A stretch of DNA of 64,000 bases. Origin: Candidatus Adlerbacteria bacterium (GTDB lineage: Bacteria > Patescibacteriota > Minisyncoccia > Phycocordibacterales > SBAW01). The stretch spans positions 299 through 64,298 of the forward strand of contig CAINNF010000008.1 of assembly GCA_903851045.1 (NCBI GenBank), read 5' to 3'. The notes beneath the pieces were generated by a model. That model ran no database searches. It had not been told where the DNA came from and saw only the letters and a list, made by a program, of their open reading frames with translations. Each line of letters opens with the position of its first letter. The stretch's first letter is position 1. Shown here piece by piece: positions 47,408 to 58,064 of this stretch. The position numbers were made by a program, and so were the translations under genes.

Positions 47408-49391
47408 AGACGTGTGTGGTTAGTTCTTGTTCGTTCGGGTATGCGGCTTTCTGTGCATCGTCGATAGCTGCGAGCACCTGGGCGCGCACGTCAGTGTCGA
47501 TCTGTGCGAGCGTCTCTTCGGTAACACCTTGGGTAAGGAGCGTCTGTCGCAAACGCTTGATACTATCGTTCTTCGATCGAACTTCGGGCGTATCCTCTTC
47601 GCGATACCCCTGTGCATCATCGAACAGCGGGGCGCTGTGCGCCATGTGTCGGTACGTCATGCACTCCAGGACCGCGGGGGTCTTGGTCTTTCGGATCGAC
47701 GCGACCAGCTCCTTCGCCTTCGCGAGCACGTCCTCGTAGTCGTTGCCGTCCGCTTTCTTGTACTGGACGCCGAACCCCGTCACGATGTGTTCGACATCAT
47801 ACTTGGGAGAGCGACGATCCTTGAGTTTGGAGTTGACCGAATAGAGATTGTTCTCGACCACCAGCAAGAGTGGGAGTTTGAACAGTGCGGACAGATTGAG
47901 CGTCTCGTACACGCCGCCCTCCTCCGACGCCCCGTCGCCGACGAACGCGACCGAGATCCCGCGCTGGTGGTTGTACGCTTGCGCGAACGCAGACCCTGCC
48001 GCGAGCGGGACGGCACTCCCGAGTATCGGCGTCGACCCGACGAAATTGACCGACTTGTCTATCATATGCATCGAGCCACCTTTGCCGTGTGCCACACCCC
48101 CTTCCTTGCCGATCATCTCGCGCACCATGGCGCGCAGGTCGCCGCCTTTGGCGAGATAATGTCCGTGCGAACGGTGGTTGCCCATCACCTTGTCCTGCGG
48201 CTGGAGCGCATCGCACACGCCGGTCGCGACCGCCTCTTGTCCCACATAAAAATGTACGAAGCTCATGATCTTGTGCTTGAGGTACAGCTGCGCGATCTCC
48301 TCTTCGGCGGCGCGCATGTAACTCATCTTGGTGTACGCGCGCAGGAGCGGCGATGGCTGCAGGTCGATGAGGATACGGCTCGCCTCGCCCTTGCGCACCA
48401 GGTCGATCGCCTCGTTGATCTTGTGGATCGGGACACGGTGCGTGATGAGATTGTCGATATTGAGCAACCCGCTTTGGTAGAGCTTGATGTAGCGCGGGAT
48501 CTCGATGCTCGGCGAGAATTGTCCGCCTTGCGTCGCCTTGATCATCTTGCCACTGCCGCCAAAGAAGTGGTTCGCGTTCTTCAGCTCCACCGTCTCGCCG
48601 GGCTTGGGTTGGCCGACCATGATGAAGCGTCCTGTGCCAGAGAGAAGTTGGAGCGTCTCTTCGATGCTGCGCGGACTCCCCGAGGTGTCGATGATGACAT
48701 CCACTTCTTTTATGCCGAACGCCTTATGGAGAGCCTCTTTGATCGACTCGTGCTTACCGTTTATATACAGGTCCGCGCCGAGCTGCTCGGCGACCGCCTT
48801 CTTACTATCATGGATATCGACGCTGATGATGGGGTACGCGCTCACCATCTTCGCCGCTTTGATGAGGTTGACCCCAAGCCCGCCTGCGCCGACGATCATG
48901 ATCCCTTCCCCCATCTTGAGATTCGCCTCCAAGTTCACGGTGCCAAGCGCGGTCGAGAGACTGCATCCCAAGAGCGCGCACAACTCCTCCGGTGTATCCT
49001 GCGGGACGGGCGTGATGCGGTTCTCCGACACGATGGAATATTCGCTGAACGTGGTGACCTTGCCGCTTTTGATGACTTTGCCGTTGAAGATGTAGGACGG
49101 AAAATCGGATTCGATACCATCCCCTTTGCGCCAATGCATGACGACCTTATCGCCCTTTTTTACCTTCGTCACGCCAGCACCGATATCCTCGACGATACCG
49201 CACCCTTCGTGACCCATGAGATGCGGGAGGAACGCCGCGTTGCCTTTGTGGCCACCGATCTCTTGGAGCTGCGAACCGCAGATGCCGCTCACCAACACCT
49301 TCACCAATACCTGACCGAACAAGAGCTCCGTCAGACCAACATCCGCGACCGTGAGCGGCGCATTGATAGCTTCGAGGACAGCGGCTTTCAT
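47400..49391 (-). CDS. Fusion of Zn-dependent alcohol dehydrogenase and TPP-dependent E1 alpha
   Basis: GICGSQ, GHEG and GAGGLG, then HFYVGQEA, HRSHGH and GDGASEEG...ENN in one frame. Confidence 0.9.
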   Translation of the reverse strand: MKAAVLEAINAPLTVADVGLTELLFGQVLVKVLVSGICGSQLQEIGGHKGNAAFLPHLMGHEGCGIVEDIGAGVTKVKKGDKVVMHWRKGDGIESDFPSYIFNGKVIKSGKVTTFSEYSIVSENRITPVPQDTPEELCALLGCSLSTALGTVNLEANLKMGEGIMIVGAGGLGVNLIKAAKMVSAYPIISVDIHDSKKAVAEQLGADLYINGKHESIKEALHKAFGIKEVDVIIDTSGSPRSIEETLQLLSGTGRFIMVGQPKPGETVELKNANHFFGGSGKMIKATQGGQFSPSIEIPRYIKLYQSGLLNIDNLITHRVPIHKINEAIDLVRKGEASRILIDLQPSPLLRAYTKMSYMRAAEEEIAQLYLKHKIMSFVHFYVGQEAVATGVCDALQPQDKVMGNHRSHGHYLAKGGDLRAMVREMIGKEGGVAHGKGGSMHMIDKSVNFVGSTPILGSAVPLAAGSAFAQAYNHQRGISVAFVGDGASEEGGVYETLNLSALFKLPLLLVVENNLYSVNSKLKDRRSPKYDVEHIVTGFGVQYKKADGNDYEDVLAKAKELVASIRKTKTPAVLECMTYRHMAHSAPLFDDAQGYREEDTPEVRSKNDSIKRLRQTLLTQGVTEETLAQIDTDVRAQVLAAIDDAQKAAYPNEQELTTHVYA

Positions 49392-49420
49392 TGGCTTGAA
49401 GTATAGTGTAAAACTAATCA

Positions 49421-50119
49421 ATGTCCAGCATCGTCGTGTACCACCCTGTCGGTCTAGGTGACCACCTCGCATGCAGCGGTATCGTGCGCACGTACGCCAC
49501 CACCCACGACCGGGTCGGGGTCTTTTGCCTAGAGCAGAACTACCCGTCGGTCTCCGCTCTCTACCGCGACCTACCGAACGTGACCGTGCTGCGCGTGCGG
49601 TCGCACCGGGACATACAGCGCTTCCGCTTGCGCAACGCGATGCATCTCACCCGCAATCATTACGACCGGGTACTCAACGTGCGGGTGCTCGACGAAGAGT
49701 CCGGTATCCAATACGAAAAGCAATTGTATCGATCCGCGAACGTACCGATCGAGAACCTATGGGACAAATTCTTGCTCCAACGAGACGCCGCGGCGGAGCG
49801 AGCACTGATGGAGAAGCTGCATGCACCCGGCGCATACCAGTTCATCCACGAAGACGCGCGCTTCCCGCTGACACCGACCAAATTGTCGAACCTCCCCGCA
49901 CTGCGACCGGACCTCGCGCTGACGAAGAACATCTTCGACTACTGCTCGGTCATCGAGTGCGCCCAGGAGATCAACGTCATGGACTCGTCGTTCATGTTCC
50001 TCGTCGATTGTCTCGACTACACTGCGCCGAACCAGAAGCGATTCATACACCGCTACGCTCGACCGAACATGCCGTGGAACCTGCCCCTCCTACGCAAGCA
50101 ATGGACCATACTCACCTAA
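49421..50119 (+). CDS. Hypothetical glycosyltransferase-like protein
   Basis: HPVGLGDHL start and AQEINVMDSSF, resembling GT9-like motifs. Confidence 0.6.
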   Translation: MSSIVVYHPVGLGDHLACSGIVRTYATTHDRVGVFCLEQNYPSVSALYRDLPNVTVLRVRSHRDIQRFRLRNAMHLTRNHYDRVLNVRVLDEESGIQYEKQLYRSANVPIENLWDKFLLQRDAAAERALMEKLHAPGAYQFIHEDARFPLTPTKLSNLPALRPDLALTKNIFDYCSVIECAQEINVMDSSFMFLVDCLDYTAPNQKRFIHRYARPNMPWNLPLLRKQWTILT

Positions 50120-50124
50120 CACGT

Positions 50125-51015
50125 ATGCAAGAACTCGTTATAACAAAACCGGGATGCAAAGAGTTCGCGCACGAGCTTGAAAATTATCTGCACCTCTGCG
50201 CCTATGGGATAGAGACGGGTGTGGTGGTACGCAACCCATCCTTCTTCGCACACCACCGTTTTTTTACATTGGTCGCGCGCGAGTCCCGGATGACGAGACT
50301 CTTTTCGCGTCTCGCGACATGCACACGCGCGATACCACTCCTGCGCGTCGCGCACGCTCTGTACGCTCGCTATATCTTTCGCTCATGCGCGACGTGCTGT
50401 GTCACCGCTTGGCGCGCGCCAACCTTCTTGCCACTCTCCGAAACCCTGCTGAAAAAAGTTGCCACAGGTGAGCAGGTGTATAGCTACGGATGGTTGTTTC
50501 GCCACACGAAGGGGCTCGCTCCGTATCGCAGCCAACTGCTCGAAGCGTTCAAGCCGGCACGACAGGTGCAAGACACGATCGACCAGGTCATCGCGCCTGT
50601 CGCGCGAACACACACGCTCATTGGTGTGCAGGTCAGACAGCGACCATATACCGGTTTTGCCGATGGTACATACCTCGTCCATCTCTCAAGGGTCCGTACG
50701 ATCATCGAAGAGTATCTCGACATGCGCCGTCTCGACAAAAAAGATGTCGCGCTCGTGATCGTGTCCGACGAAGGGGTACCCGCCGAACTGTTCGCCGACT
50801 ACACGACGTTCGTGTCACCCGAACCCGAGCCGACCAACCTGTTCCTGCTCGCCCACTGCAGCGTCGTCATCGGCGAGAATGGTTCGTACGCTAACCTTGC
50901 CGCCTGGTTCGGCGATGTCCCCCACATCGTGACGAGCGAGTCGTCGATCGACTGGGACCACTACAAAGACAAGCGAAGGTACTTTGCGAACGACTACCTG
51001 ACACTGGTTCGTTGA
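50125..51015 (+). CDS. Divergent GT11 (alpha-1,2-fucosyltransferase)-like protein
   Basis: GWLFR, IGVQVRQRPY (cf. HIRRGDY), VSDE and GSYANLAAWFG. Start at ATG 50125. Confidence 0.65.
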   Translation: MQELVITKPGCKEFAHELENYLHLCAYGIETGVVVRNPSFFAHHRFFTLVARESRMTRLFSRLATCTRAIPLLRVAHALYARYIFRSCATCCVTAWRAPTFLPLSETLLKKVATGEQVYSYGWLFRHTKGLAPYRSQLLEAFKPARQVQDTIDQVIAPVARTHTLIGVQVRQRPYTGFADGTYLVHLSRVRTIIEEYLDMRRLDKKDVALVIVSDEGVPAELFADYTTFVSPEPEPTNLFLLAHCSVVIGENGSYANLAAWFGDVPHIVTSESSIDWDHYKDKRRYFANDYLTLVR

Positions 51016-52022
51016 ACGAACGAATTCTTGCAGGCATCGGCGACCGCGCGCATGTCGATCTTGTCGATGCAGTCGGGATAGTTCTTGGATACATGTGGCG
51101 TGCACAGGTCCTCGCGCGTGAACTGCTGCGCTGCACGAGCGCCATACTGCTCGGGAAACCACCAGTTGGGTCCGAGACAGGTGCGCATGACGACTAGGGG
51201 TCTGCCGATCTGCGCCGTGATGTGTGCGATGCCGGTATCGACACTCACTACGCCTATGCTCGAGTTGATCAGCTGCAGCATATCTTGCAGCGACGCACTA
51301 CCCGCCACCGTCACACTGTTCGACACACCATCGAGCATCGTCTGTGTCGTCGCCTGGTCGGCTGCGCCACCACTCAGCACGATCGTCGTCTCAGGAAAGC
51401 GCGCTCGCAGGTGTTCGATCAGCTCTCGAGCTTTCTGCGGGCTGATACTGCGCCCCGCGTTACCCGCGAAAAAGTGCGCGACGATGTAGCGACCAGACTG
51501 GAGAGAAAATCGTTCGAGCACCGCTGGCTGTGCGGTCACCCGTAGTTGCGGATATGGTACGAGCACCGATAATCCTGCGGCACGCAATGCTTCGCGCTCG
51601 TGTTCGGCGACCGCATGGTCAGGACGCACCGGCAGCAGGTGGTCATACAGAAAAGTGTTCCAACGTGAAGCGTCTTTGAAGCCGACGAGTCCACCGCGAC
51701 GAGCCAAGACACGCGCGGCGAGTTTGCTCGCCATGCCGAATCGCCCACCGTGTTTGCCTGCGTATTGCGTCACCACGAGTTCGCTCCCATGGAAGTGTCT
51801 CCAGAGTCTGAACAATCCACGGATGTCGCGACGGTTGGTCTCGATGACCTCGATGTAGGGAGCGTTCGCGAGCAGGTCGCGGATCATGCCGCCACGACTC
51901 GCTATCACGATACCGAGGCGCGCCTCGGGAAACTCGGCGTGTACATTGTCGAGCAGATACTTCGCCATCAAACAATCACCGATGGATGATGCGCGGAACG
52001 TCAGCGCTTTCGTGATCTTCAT
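50994..52022 (-). CDS. GT9 (heptosyltransferase family) glycosyltransferase
   Basis: SSIGDCL and VSVDTGIAHITA. Confidence 0.88.
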   Translation of the reverse strand: MKITKALTFRASSIGDCLMAKYLLDNVHAEFPEARLGIVIASRGGMIRDLLANAPYIEVIETNRRDIRGLFRLWRHFHGSELVVTQYAGKHGGRFGMASKLAARVLARRGGLVGFKDASRWNTFLYDHLLPVRPDHAVAEHEREALRAAGLSVLVPYPQLRVTAQPAVLERFSLQSGRYIVAHFFAGNAGRSISPQKARELIEHLRARFPETTIVLSGGAADQATTQTMLDGVSNSVTVAGSASLQDMLQLINSSIGVVSVDTGIAHITAQIGRPLVVMRTCLGPNWWFPEQYGARAAQQFTREDLCTPHVSKNYPDCIDKIDMRAVADACKNSFVQRTSVR

Positions 52023-52031
52023 ATATGTATA

Positions 52032-52637
52032 TTATCGTATGACCTCCAACTCCCATGTCAGGCACTCGGTCGGTAGCAGGAGCGAGAGGTATTGGTCATA
52101 GAACGTCGGATGCGACTCGATGAACGACTTGAGCGCGCGCTTCAGCGGATGCTTCGACGGATGCGGCCAGCCGTACCAAAAGCCCACCTTGCGAAAGAGA
52201 AAGTCGGTGTACCGATACTGCGCGAGCTTCGTACCGTCGATACAGTAGTCGAGCGTCTGTGTCGCGAAAAAATGCACATGTGTCGGATCGTTGAACGCGT
52301 CCACGCAGCGAAAGTACGGCACCTGTATGACCACGCGTCCGCCGGGCTTGGTGATACGGTGCAACTCGCCGAGCGTCGCGAGCACGTCGTCCACATGTTC
52401 CAGAACATGGTTGCCGAACGTGAGGTCGAACGAATCGTCGGCGACCGGCCACGGGCGCTGGTTCACATCGTGCACGATATCGACCGATGGGAGCGTGAGC
52501 CGGTCCATCCCCACCGCGCCGGGGAGCTTTCGGCCACCACACCCGAAGTCGAGCGCCGCAGCACCCTGCAGGATGTCCTCTCGCACGAACCCGGACAGAG
52601 TATAGATACGCGGGGCCCACAGTGTCGTGCTGTCCAT
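52032..52637 (-). CDS. Class I SAM methyltransferase-like protein
   Basis: LDFGCG, HVLEHV and DPTH. Confidence 0.88.
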   Translation of the reverse strand: MDSTTLWAPRIYTLSGFVREDILQGAAALDFGCGGRKLPGAVGMDRLTLPSVDIVHDVNQRPWPVADDSFDLTFGNHVLEHVDDVLATLGELHRITKPGGRVVIQVPYFRCVDAFNDPTHVHFFATQTLDYCIDGTKLAQYRYTDFLFRKVGFWYGWPHPSKHPLKRALKSFIESHPTFYDQYLSLLLPTECLTWELEVIR

Positions 52638-52715
52638 ACACGCAACGGTAGCACGAAAAGTGCTTAGTAAAAATAGTGGCGACAGGGTATACTGTCATAC
52701 ATACTCGCATCACGT

Positions 52716-53453
52716 ATGGACACGACACCGGACGACGCACGATCTTTCACCATCTCGCAAGGCACCTTTTGGGCCTCACCCACCGGGGACAGCAAGATGT
52801 TCTACAATCTCGAGAAGCTGCACAAGTTCTACGATGCGGACTTTGCGACGACGATAGGGTCCTTCCTTGGTCCCGACGCGGTCGTCGCGGACATCGGAGC
52901 GAACATCGGCGAGTTCTCGGTCGCTATCGCCCCGCACGCACGAAAGGTCTATGCGTTCGAGCCGGTCGCACGCTCTCGCGCGCTCCTGACCAAGAACACG
53001 GCCGCCACCCCGAACGTCGAGATCATCGCCTGTGCGCTCGGGAACACCGAAGGTACCGTGAATCTCACGCCCGACACCGCGAACAACTCCGGCACCTATC
53101 GGGTGACCGGTGAAGGGTCCATACCACTGCGCACGCTCGACTCGTTCGCTATCGACCCGAGCTTCATCAAGATAGACGTACAAGGTCTCGACATCCGCGT
53201 GCTCCAGGGTGCAGTGAAGACCATAGAGAAGAACAAACCAACGGTGTTGTTCGAGATCTGCGACCTGACCATCAAGTACGGAGGTATCCGTTCACTGCGC
53301 ACCATACTGCCTGGGTACACACTGCGATACTTCCCCAGTCTCAAAAAAGTATCCCTGTTTTCATTAGGACTTGAGCTGACGCTGAGATACTACCTTACAC
53401 GACCACGACACTACGACATCCTCGCCACACCGCCTGAGGTCAAGAACTCGTAG
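52716..53453 (+). CDS. FkbM methyltransferase
   Basis: DIGANIG, AFEP and KIDVQG. Confidence 0.9.
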   Translation: MDTTPDDARSFTISQGTFWASPTGDSKMFYNLEKLHKFYDADFATTIGSFLGPDAVVADIGANIGEFSVAIAPHARKVYAFEPVARSRALLTKNTAATPNVEIIACALGNTEGTVNLTPDTANNSGTYRVTGEGSIPLRTLDSFAIDPSFIKIDVQGLDIRVLQGAVKTIEKNKPTVLFEICDLTIKYGGIRSLRTILPGYTLRYFPSLKKVSLFSLGLELTLRYYLTRPRHYDILATPPEVKNS

Positions 53454-53457
53454 GACA

Positions 53458-54600
53458 TCACACCGGATACCGCGACTGCATGAAGGTGATGATCCGTCTC
53501 GCGCGCATCTCCCACGTGAGCGTCCGCACTTTCGCTTGCGCATGCGCTGCCCGCTCGGGTGTGTCCGACCCGACAAGCGCATCAGCTACGGCTTGCGCGA
53601 GCGAGTCGGCATCATCCGGCTCGAAGAGGTATGCTTCGCTCGGTGACAGGACATCGGTCACTGCCGGAGTCGCGCTCGCCACGATCGGTGTCTTGGATGC
53701 CATGTACTCGAACAGCTTCATCGGCGACGTATACCGACTGGAGTCCTCGTTCTTGTTCGTCCCCAGCAGCAACAGCGCATCGGACGCTCGCAACCACAGC
53801 GGTATCTCCCCCACTGGTCGCTCGCCCATGAAGACGAGGTTATGGGGGATCGCCGTCGCCCCGGTCACCTGCATGAACGACTCTTTGGTGCCACCAACGA
53901 TGTAACACTGCACGCCAGGAGGCAGTTTCTCGCACGCAGGCAGTACGATATCGAGACCTTTCCACTGATAGAACCGGCCGACGTAGAGCACGATCTTCGT
54001 GTCCTGCGGGAGAGAGAGCTTTTCGCGCGCCTCGCGTCGTGTCACCTCGAGCGCGAACGATGAGAGGTCGACGCCGTTGGGTGCCGAGATCACCTTGGTC
54101 TCGGGTAGATGATAGTCGTCGATAAGGCGTTGCCGGATAAGCCCGTTGGTAGCCACCACACCGGTCGCACGCACGAAGAAGAAACGCTGCACCCACGAAG
54201 GCGTCTTGGGCGTGTGCATCTCGGTGAACGTCTTCCCCACCAGCGGCAGCGGTGCGTACGAAAAGGAATCCATGTCTATCGTGTAGACCGTGAAGCGCTC
54301 GCCGCGCATCTTTTTGTACCACAGCAGACACTCGACGAACACGATAAAAAAGAACGAGCCGAGCGCGAACCCGAGAGGGCCAGCGCGATAGAGATCGAGC
54401 GTCGGGACCAGCACCCGCGGCACGTCATGGGACAGACCATAGAAGTCCTTCAACGACTGCTTCTGTGTCTGGCGTCGCGGCACAATGAGGGTGAGGTCTA
54501 TGCCGTGCGCCACGAAAGCCTCGCACATCTTGGCGATCTGGATGCCGTGCGCCTTTTCGTTCGGCATGCGCGCGTTCGCGACGTAGTAGAGCTTCCGCAT
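53458..54600 (-). CDS. GT4 glycosyltransferase
   Basis: PNGVD, YVGRF..WKG and SPMKLFEYMAS. Confidence 0.93.
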   Translation of the reverse strand: MRKLYYVANARMPNEKAHGIQIAKMCEAFVAHGIDLTLIVPRRQTQKQSLKDFYGLSHDVPRVLVPTLDLYRAGPLGFALGSFFFIVFVECLLWYKKMRGERFTVYTIDMDSFSYAPLPLVGKTFTEMHTPKTPSWVQRFFFVRATGVVATNGLIRQRLIDDYHLPETKVISAPNGVDLSSFALEVTRREAREKLSLPQDTKIVLYVGRFYQWKGLDIVLPACEKLPPGVQCYIVGGTKESFMQVTGATAIPHNLVFMGERPVGEIPLWLRASDALLLLGTNKNEDSSRYTSPMKLFEYMASKTPIVASATPAVTDVLSPSEAYLFEPDDADSLAQAVADALVGSDTPERAAHAQAKVRTLTWEMRARRIITFMQSRYPV

Positions 54601-54620
54601 ATGGTTACTCTACTATAACT

Positions 54621-55337
54621 TCATGTACGGGCGCGAGGTCTCTTCACGCCACCATGGATGATCCAGTCGGCCAACAACACTCCGATCGCCCAAAGACCGT
54701 CCCGGTATCGGATCTTCTTGCCCTCGGCGCGCGTGCGCGGACGATACGTGATAGGCACTTCAGCGAAACGATACCCAGCCCGGGACAGGGCCGCCGCGAT
54801 AAGGATGTCGGACTCGAACCCGCCCGCTTTGAACAGATGCGCCGACTCTCGGGGAAATAGTTTGTAGCAGGTGCACACATCGGTGAGCTGCAGATCGTGC
54901 AACGTGTTCACCAATATCGTGAGCACCCGCACGCCGGTACGCGGCAGGAGCGACCCCTTCACCGTGTGGGGGGAAATGGTGCGAGAGCCATACACGACCT
55001 CCGCATGACCCGCATGTATCGGCTCGAGCAGTGCCGCGATTTCTCCCGGGTCATACTCGAGATCGGCATCCTGGATGACCACGTAGTCGCCGGTCGCTTG
55101 CGCGAAACCGGTGCGTACCGCGGTCCCCTTCCCACCGTTCTTCGGTTGCCGGATAGAGGATATCCGGTCCGCATAGGTCGCCAGGATCTTCGACGAGCCG
55201 TCCGTCGACGCATCATCGACCACGATGATCTCTTTCTCCCACGGCACAGGGAGCGTTATCGCGAGCACCTTGGTCAGCAACGCATCGAGCGTCTTCTCTT
55301 CGTTATAGCACGGTATGATGATGGAGAGCTTAGGCAT
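54621..55337 (-). CDS. GT2 (DPM1-like) glycosyltransferase
   Basis: IIPCYNE, VDDASTD, GKGTA and QDADLEYDP. Confidence 0.93.
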   Translation of the reverse strand: MPKLSIIIPCYNEEKTLDALLTKVLAITLPVPWEKEIIVVDDASTDGSSKILATYADRISSIRQPKNGGKGTAVRTGFAQATGDYVVIQDADLEYDPGEIAALLEPIHAGHAEVVYGSRTISPHTVKGSLLPRTGVRVLTILVNTLHDLQLTDVCTCYKLFPRESAHLFKAGGFESDILIAAALSRAGYRFAEVPITYRPRTRAEGKKIRYRDGLWAIGVLLADWIIHGGVKRPRART

Positions 55338-56730
55338 GGTGGCGCTGTTTTTTGCGTCGTACCCGATCATACAGGACAGCGAGCGCATAGAGCGCGAACA
55401 CGAACATGAAGGCCTGTACTGGCAGACGATACCGTGCAGTGATACCAAGTCCCGCAATCAAGGTCGTGAGGGCGCTATAGAGGACCACGACGACCATAAT
55501 GCTCGCATATCGCGTCGTTTGTTCGCGTCGCAGGTACCACCACGAACCGATGAAGAACAGTATGGTCGTCACGACCCAAAAGATCCTTCCGAACAAAACG
55601 AAGATGGACGGAGTCAACGCGACCTGCGCGATGACGCTCACGAGCGTCGCCGGAGATGAGAACAGCACGAACAGTGCTGGCTTACCAAAACGCAATGAAG
55701 TAGACGCACCGATGTGGCGTAAAAAGTCGAGCACCCCATCACTGGTGAAAAAGCTGACACCTGTATTCACGCCGATGATCACCAAACCCTTCTTGTGTTC
55801 CAAGAGCAGCGGCACGGCAAGACGCGTGTACGGCTTCCCTTTGGTGATGTCTGCGTCGTTCGGACCCTGCACACCATTGCTCGTAATGGTGTCGTACTCG
55901 TGCTGCCAGCTGGTGCCGTGCTCGACACTCAGCACGGAGGGTAGCAGGACGGTGTATAGATTCACCCCAAGCTGCGGGCTTAGATCGGCGACACCGAACA
56001 CCACTTCGTTCCGACACAGCCACGGCGTGATGACCGCAACAAACATGAGTAGGTACGCGATTACCGACAAGTATACTTTTTTTGAAAGATGTTTCCGCGC
56101 ATCCCACACCATACACGCCGCGATGAACACCGGGAGATACTCGACGGCTGGCCTGGTCAAACACGCGAGTCCCAACAAACCTGCCGAAGCGAGGAGCGGC
56201 CAGAGCTGCTTCCGAGCGAAGTACCGAAACAAACACCAGAACGATAGGAAGGATAGGAATATGAATACTATCTCGCTATAGAAAAAGGTTGAATAGAGTA
56301 TGCCGCTCGGCTCAAGCGCGAGCAGTATCCCTACCGCCGCGATCATCCGACGCGACGTGAGCACATACGAGGCGAGTATCATGCCTAGGACCGGCAACAT
56401 GCTGCCGATGACCATTTGCAACAGTATCGACCCCAAAAAGCCATGGAACAACCAATAGGACCCGACGATAAAGTAGAAGTAGAGCGGTGGACGGAACGAG
56501 TACGGCAGATACGGAGCCGATGAGGAGTCAGTAAAACCGTGTCCCGCGATGATATTCTTCGCCACCGTAAAGTATCCGTCCGCCCCACTGATCGCACCGA
56601 ACAGGTCGCCGCCATAGTGCGCGATGCTCAGTTCAAGGTAAAGAAAGCGTACCGCAAAGGCGAGGATGAAGACGAGTACCTCCAGGCGATAGGTGGTGAA
56701 AAAAGTCTGTAGTTTTTGGCGTAGCGTCAT
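55330..56730 (-). CDS. GT-C (ArnT/PMT-like) membrane glycosyltransferase
   Basis: Multi-TM, DGY, RPPLY, SE, LTRP and ARYRLP. Confidence 0.85.
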   Translation of the reverse strand: MTLRQKLQTFFTTYRLEVLVFILAFAVRFLYLELSIAHYGGDLFGAISGADGYFTVAKNIIAGHGFTDSSSAPYLPYSFRPPLYFYFIVGSYWLFHGFLGSILLQMVIGSMLPVLGMILASYVLTSRRMIAAVGILLALEPSGILYSTFFYSEIVFIFLSFLSFWCLFRYFARKQLWPLLASAGLLGLACLTRPAVEYLPVFIAACMVWDARKHLSKKVYLSVIAYLLMFVAVITPWLCRNEVVFGVADLSPQLGVNLYTVLLPSVLSVEHGTSWQHEYDTITSNGVQGPNDADITKGKPYTRLAVPLLLEHKKGLVIIGVNTGVSFFTSDGVLDFLRHIGASTSLRFGKPALFVLFSSPATLVSVIAQVALTPSIFVLFGRIFWVVTTILFFIGSWWYLRREQTTRYASIMVVVVLYSALTTLIAGLGITARYRLPVQAFMFVFALYALAVLYDRVRRKKQRHHA

Positions 56731-57386
56731 TGTGGGGTGTATTGATAGAGAGCGATATGAAAGAGGTCGAACGGCCACAGGAGCGGCACCTGTCGTCGGG
56801 CAAGTCTCCTAAAACCTTCCTTGCGGACGATTGCATCGATTTGCCGAGCGTTGTGGTAGTGCACTCCGGCTCCCGGACCGGACTCTTGCGAATAGGTCCC
56901 CTTCAACAAGAATCGCAACGATTTATACAACACCGACTCTACGGGTTCGCTCGTAATGAGGTACCCCCCAGGACGCACGACTCGGACGAACTCCAACAGC
57001 GGCGCACGCAGGTCTTGCATGTGTTCAAGCGTGTCGAGACACACGATCGCATCGATGGACGAGTCTGCCAGGTGCGTCTGTTCAAGATGCTCGACACGAA
57101 ACGTAACCCCGGGGATAGTGCGAGCAAGGTCGAGTACCGCAGGGTTGAGGTCGAGTCCATACAATTCTTGATACGGGAGGTGTGCTGCTTGTATGCACTT
57201 GATGAACGACCCATCTCCGCATCCGATGTCGGCTATCACCTGCGCGCTGGTCGCACGCACGTACTCAAGAGCGACCCTCAGACGTGACGCAAAAAGCCAA
57301 CGCACCACGGGATTTTTTGACTGATACTCCGGCACAATCATCGAAAGCGGAATATCTAACTTTTGTTTTGTATCAATAGATGCCAT
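56727..57386 (-). CDS. Class I SAM methyltransferase
   Basis: DIGCGDG, TLEH and RPGG. Confidence 0.88.
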   Translation of the reverse strand: MASIDTKQKLDIPLSMIVPEYQSKNPVVRWLFASRLRVALEYVRATSAQVIADIGCGDGSFIKCIQAAHLPYQELYGLDLNPAVLDLARTIPGVTFRVEHLEQTHLADSSIDAIVCLDTLEHMQDLRAPLLEFVRVVRPGGYLITSEPVESVLYKSLRFLLKGTYSQESGPGAGVHYHNARQIDAIVRKEGFRRLARRQVPLLWPFDLFHIALYQYTPQ

Positions 57387-57401
57387 AGCGATAACCACGA
57401 C

Positions 57402-57899
57402 TTATACATCGTCCTCACGTGAGCATAGCACATCTCGTGCGGGATGAAGCTTCGCCTCTCGTGCAAAGATACCGTAGCGGTACAGAAAAAAACTTGAACA
57501 GGCGATGAGCACGCTCGAGATCGCCTGTGCGAGAATATACCATATATGGAGACCTTCGACGAGCACGTACAGTAACGCGATATTGATACCGAAGTTGCCC
57601 ACCGTCACCGAAAAAAAAGCGAACGCCTGCAGGTGCATCCGTTCGATCGAGTGGTCCCGAAATGTCCAAAATTTTTGGAGAGCGAAACCGATCCCGGCGG
57701 CGCATACGAACGAGACACAAGCGGACGCAAGGTAGTACAACCGAGCGTACTCGGTGAGCACGTATAATAAGCCGATATTACAGCCTGCCCCAAGCGTTCC
57801 GGAGATCAAAAACCTCCCCACCGTCTTTATGATCGTGTGGTGTGCCCTGGTACGCACATAAAGCGCCGAGAGTATTCGCATAATCCAAAATACATACAT
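57402..57899 (-). CDS. GtrA-family membrane protein
   Basis: RFLISG, four TM segments and KFWTF. Confidence 0.88.
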   Translation of the reverse strand: MYVFWIMRILSALYVRTRAHHTIIKTVGRFLISGTLGAGCNIGLLYVLTEYARLYYLASACVSFVCAAGIGFALQKFWTFRDHSIERMHLQAFAFFSVTVGNFGINIALLYVLVEGLHIWYILAQAISSVLIACSSFFLYRYGIFAREAKLHPARDVLCSREDDV

Positions 57900-58064
57900 G
57901 ACTGTACCATACCTTCATCCCACACCATGTGCGCTATGGAAACTCCATAGGAGCTATTGTCAATATGTTTTGAGTCCTCACTCGTCAGTGCCGTGTAGTT
58001 GACACCTCGCTTATTTTTAGTACTGTGTTTTTAGTTTTGTCATAACATAAGGAGTACGTCGAAC

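Noticed and set aside
46136-49406. Long plus-strand ORFs 46136-47467 and 47427-49406 (also 18936-20321 and 33761-34630)
   Set aside because: Antisense shadows of well-supported genes, explained by codon bias, with no motifs.
49471-50124. N-terminal 218 aa of the 514-aa ORF
   Set aside because: It overlaps the better gene 49421-50119 in another frame. The plausible start is ATG 50125.
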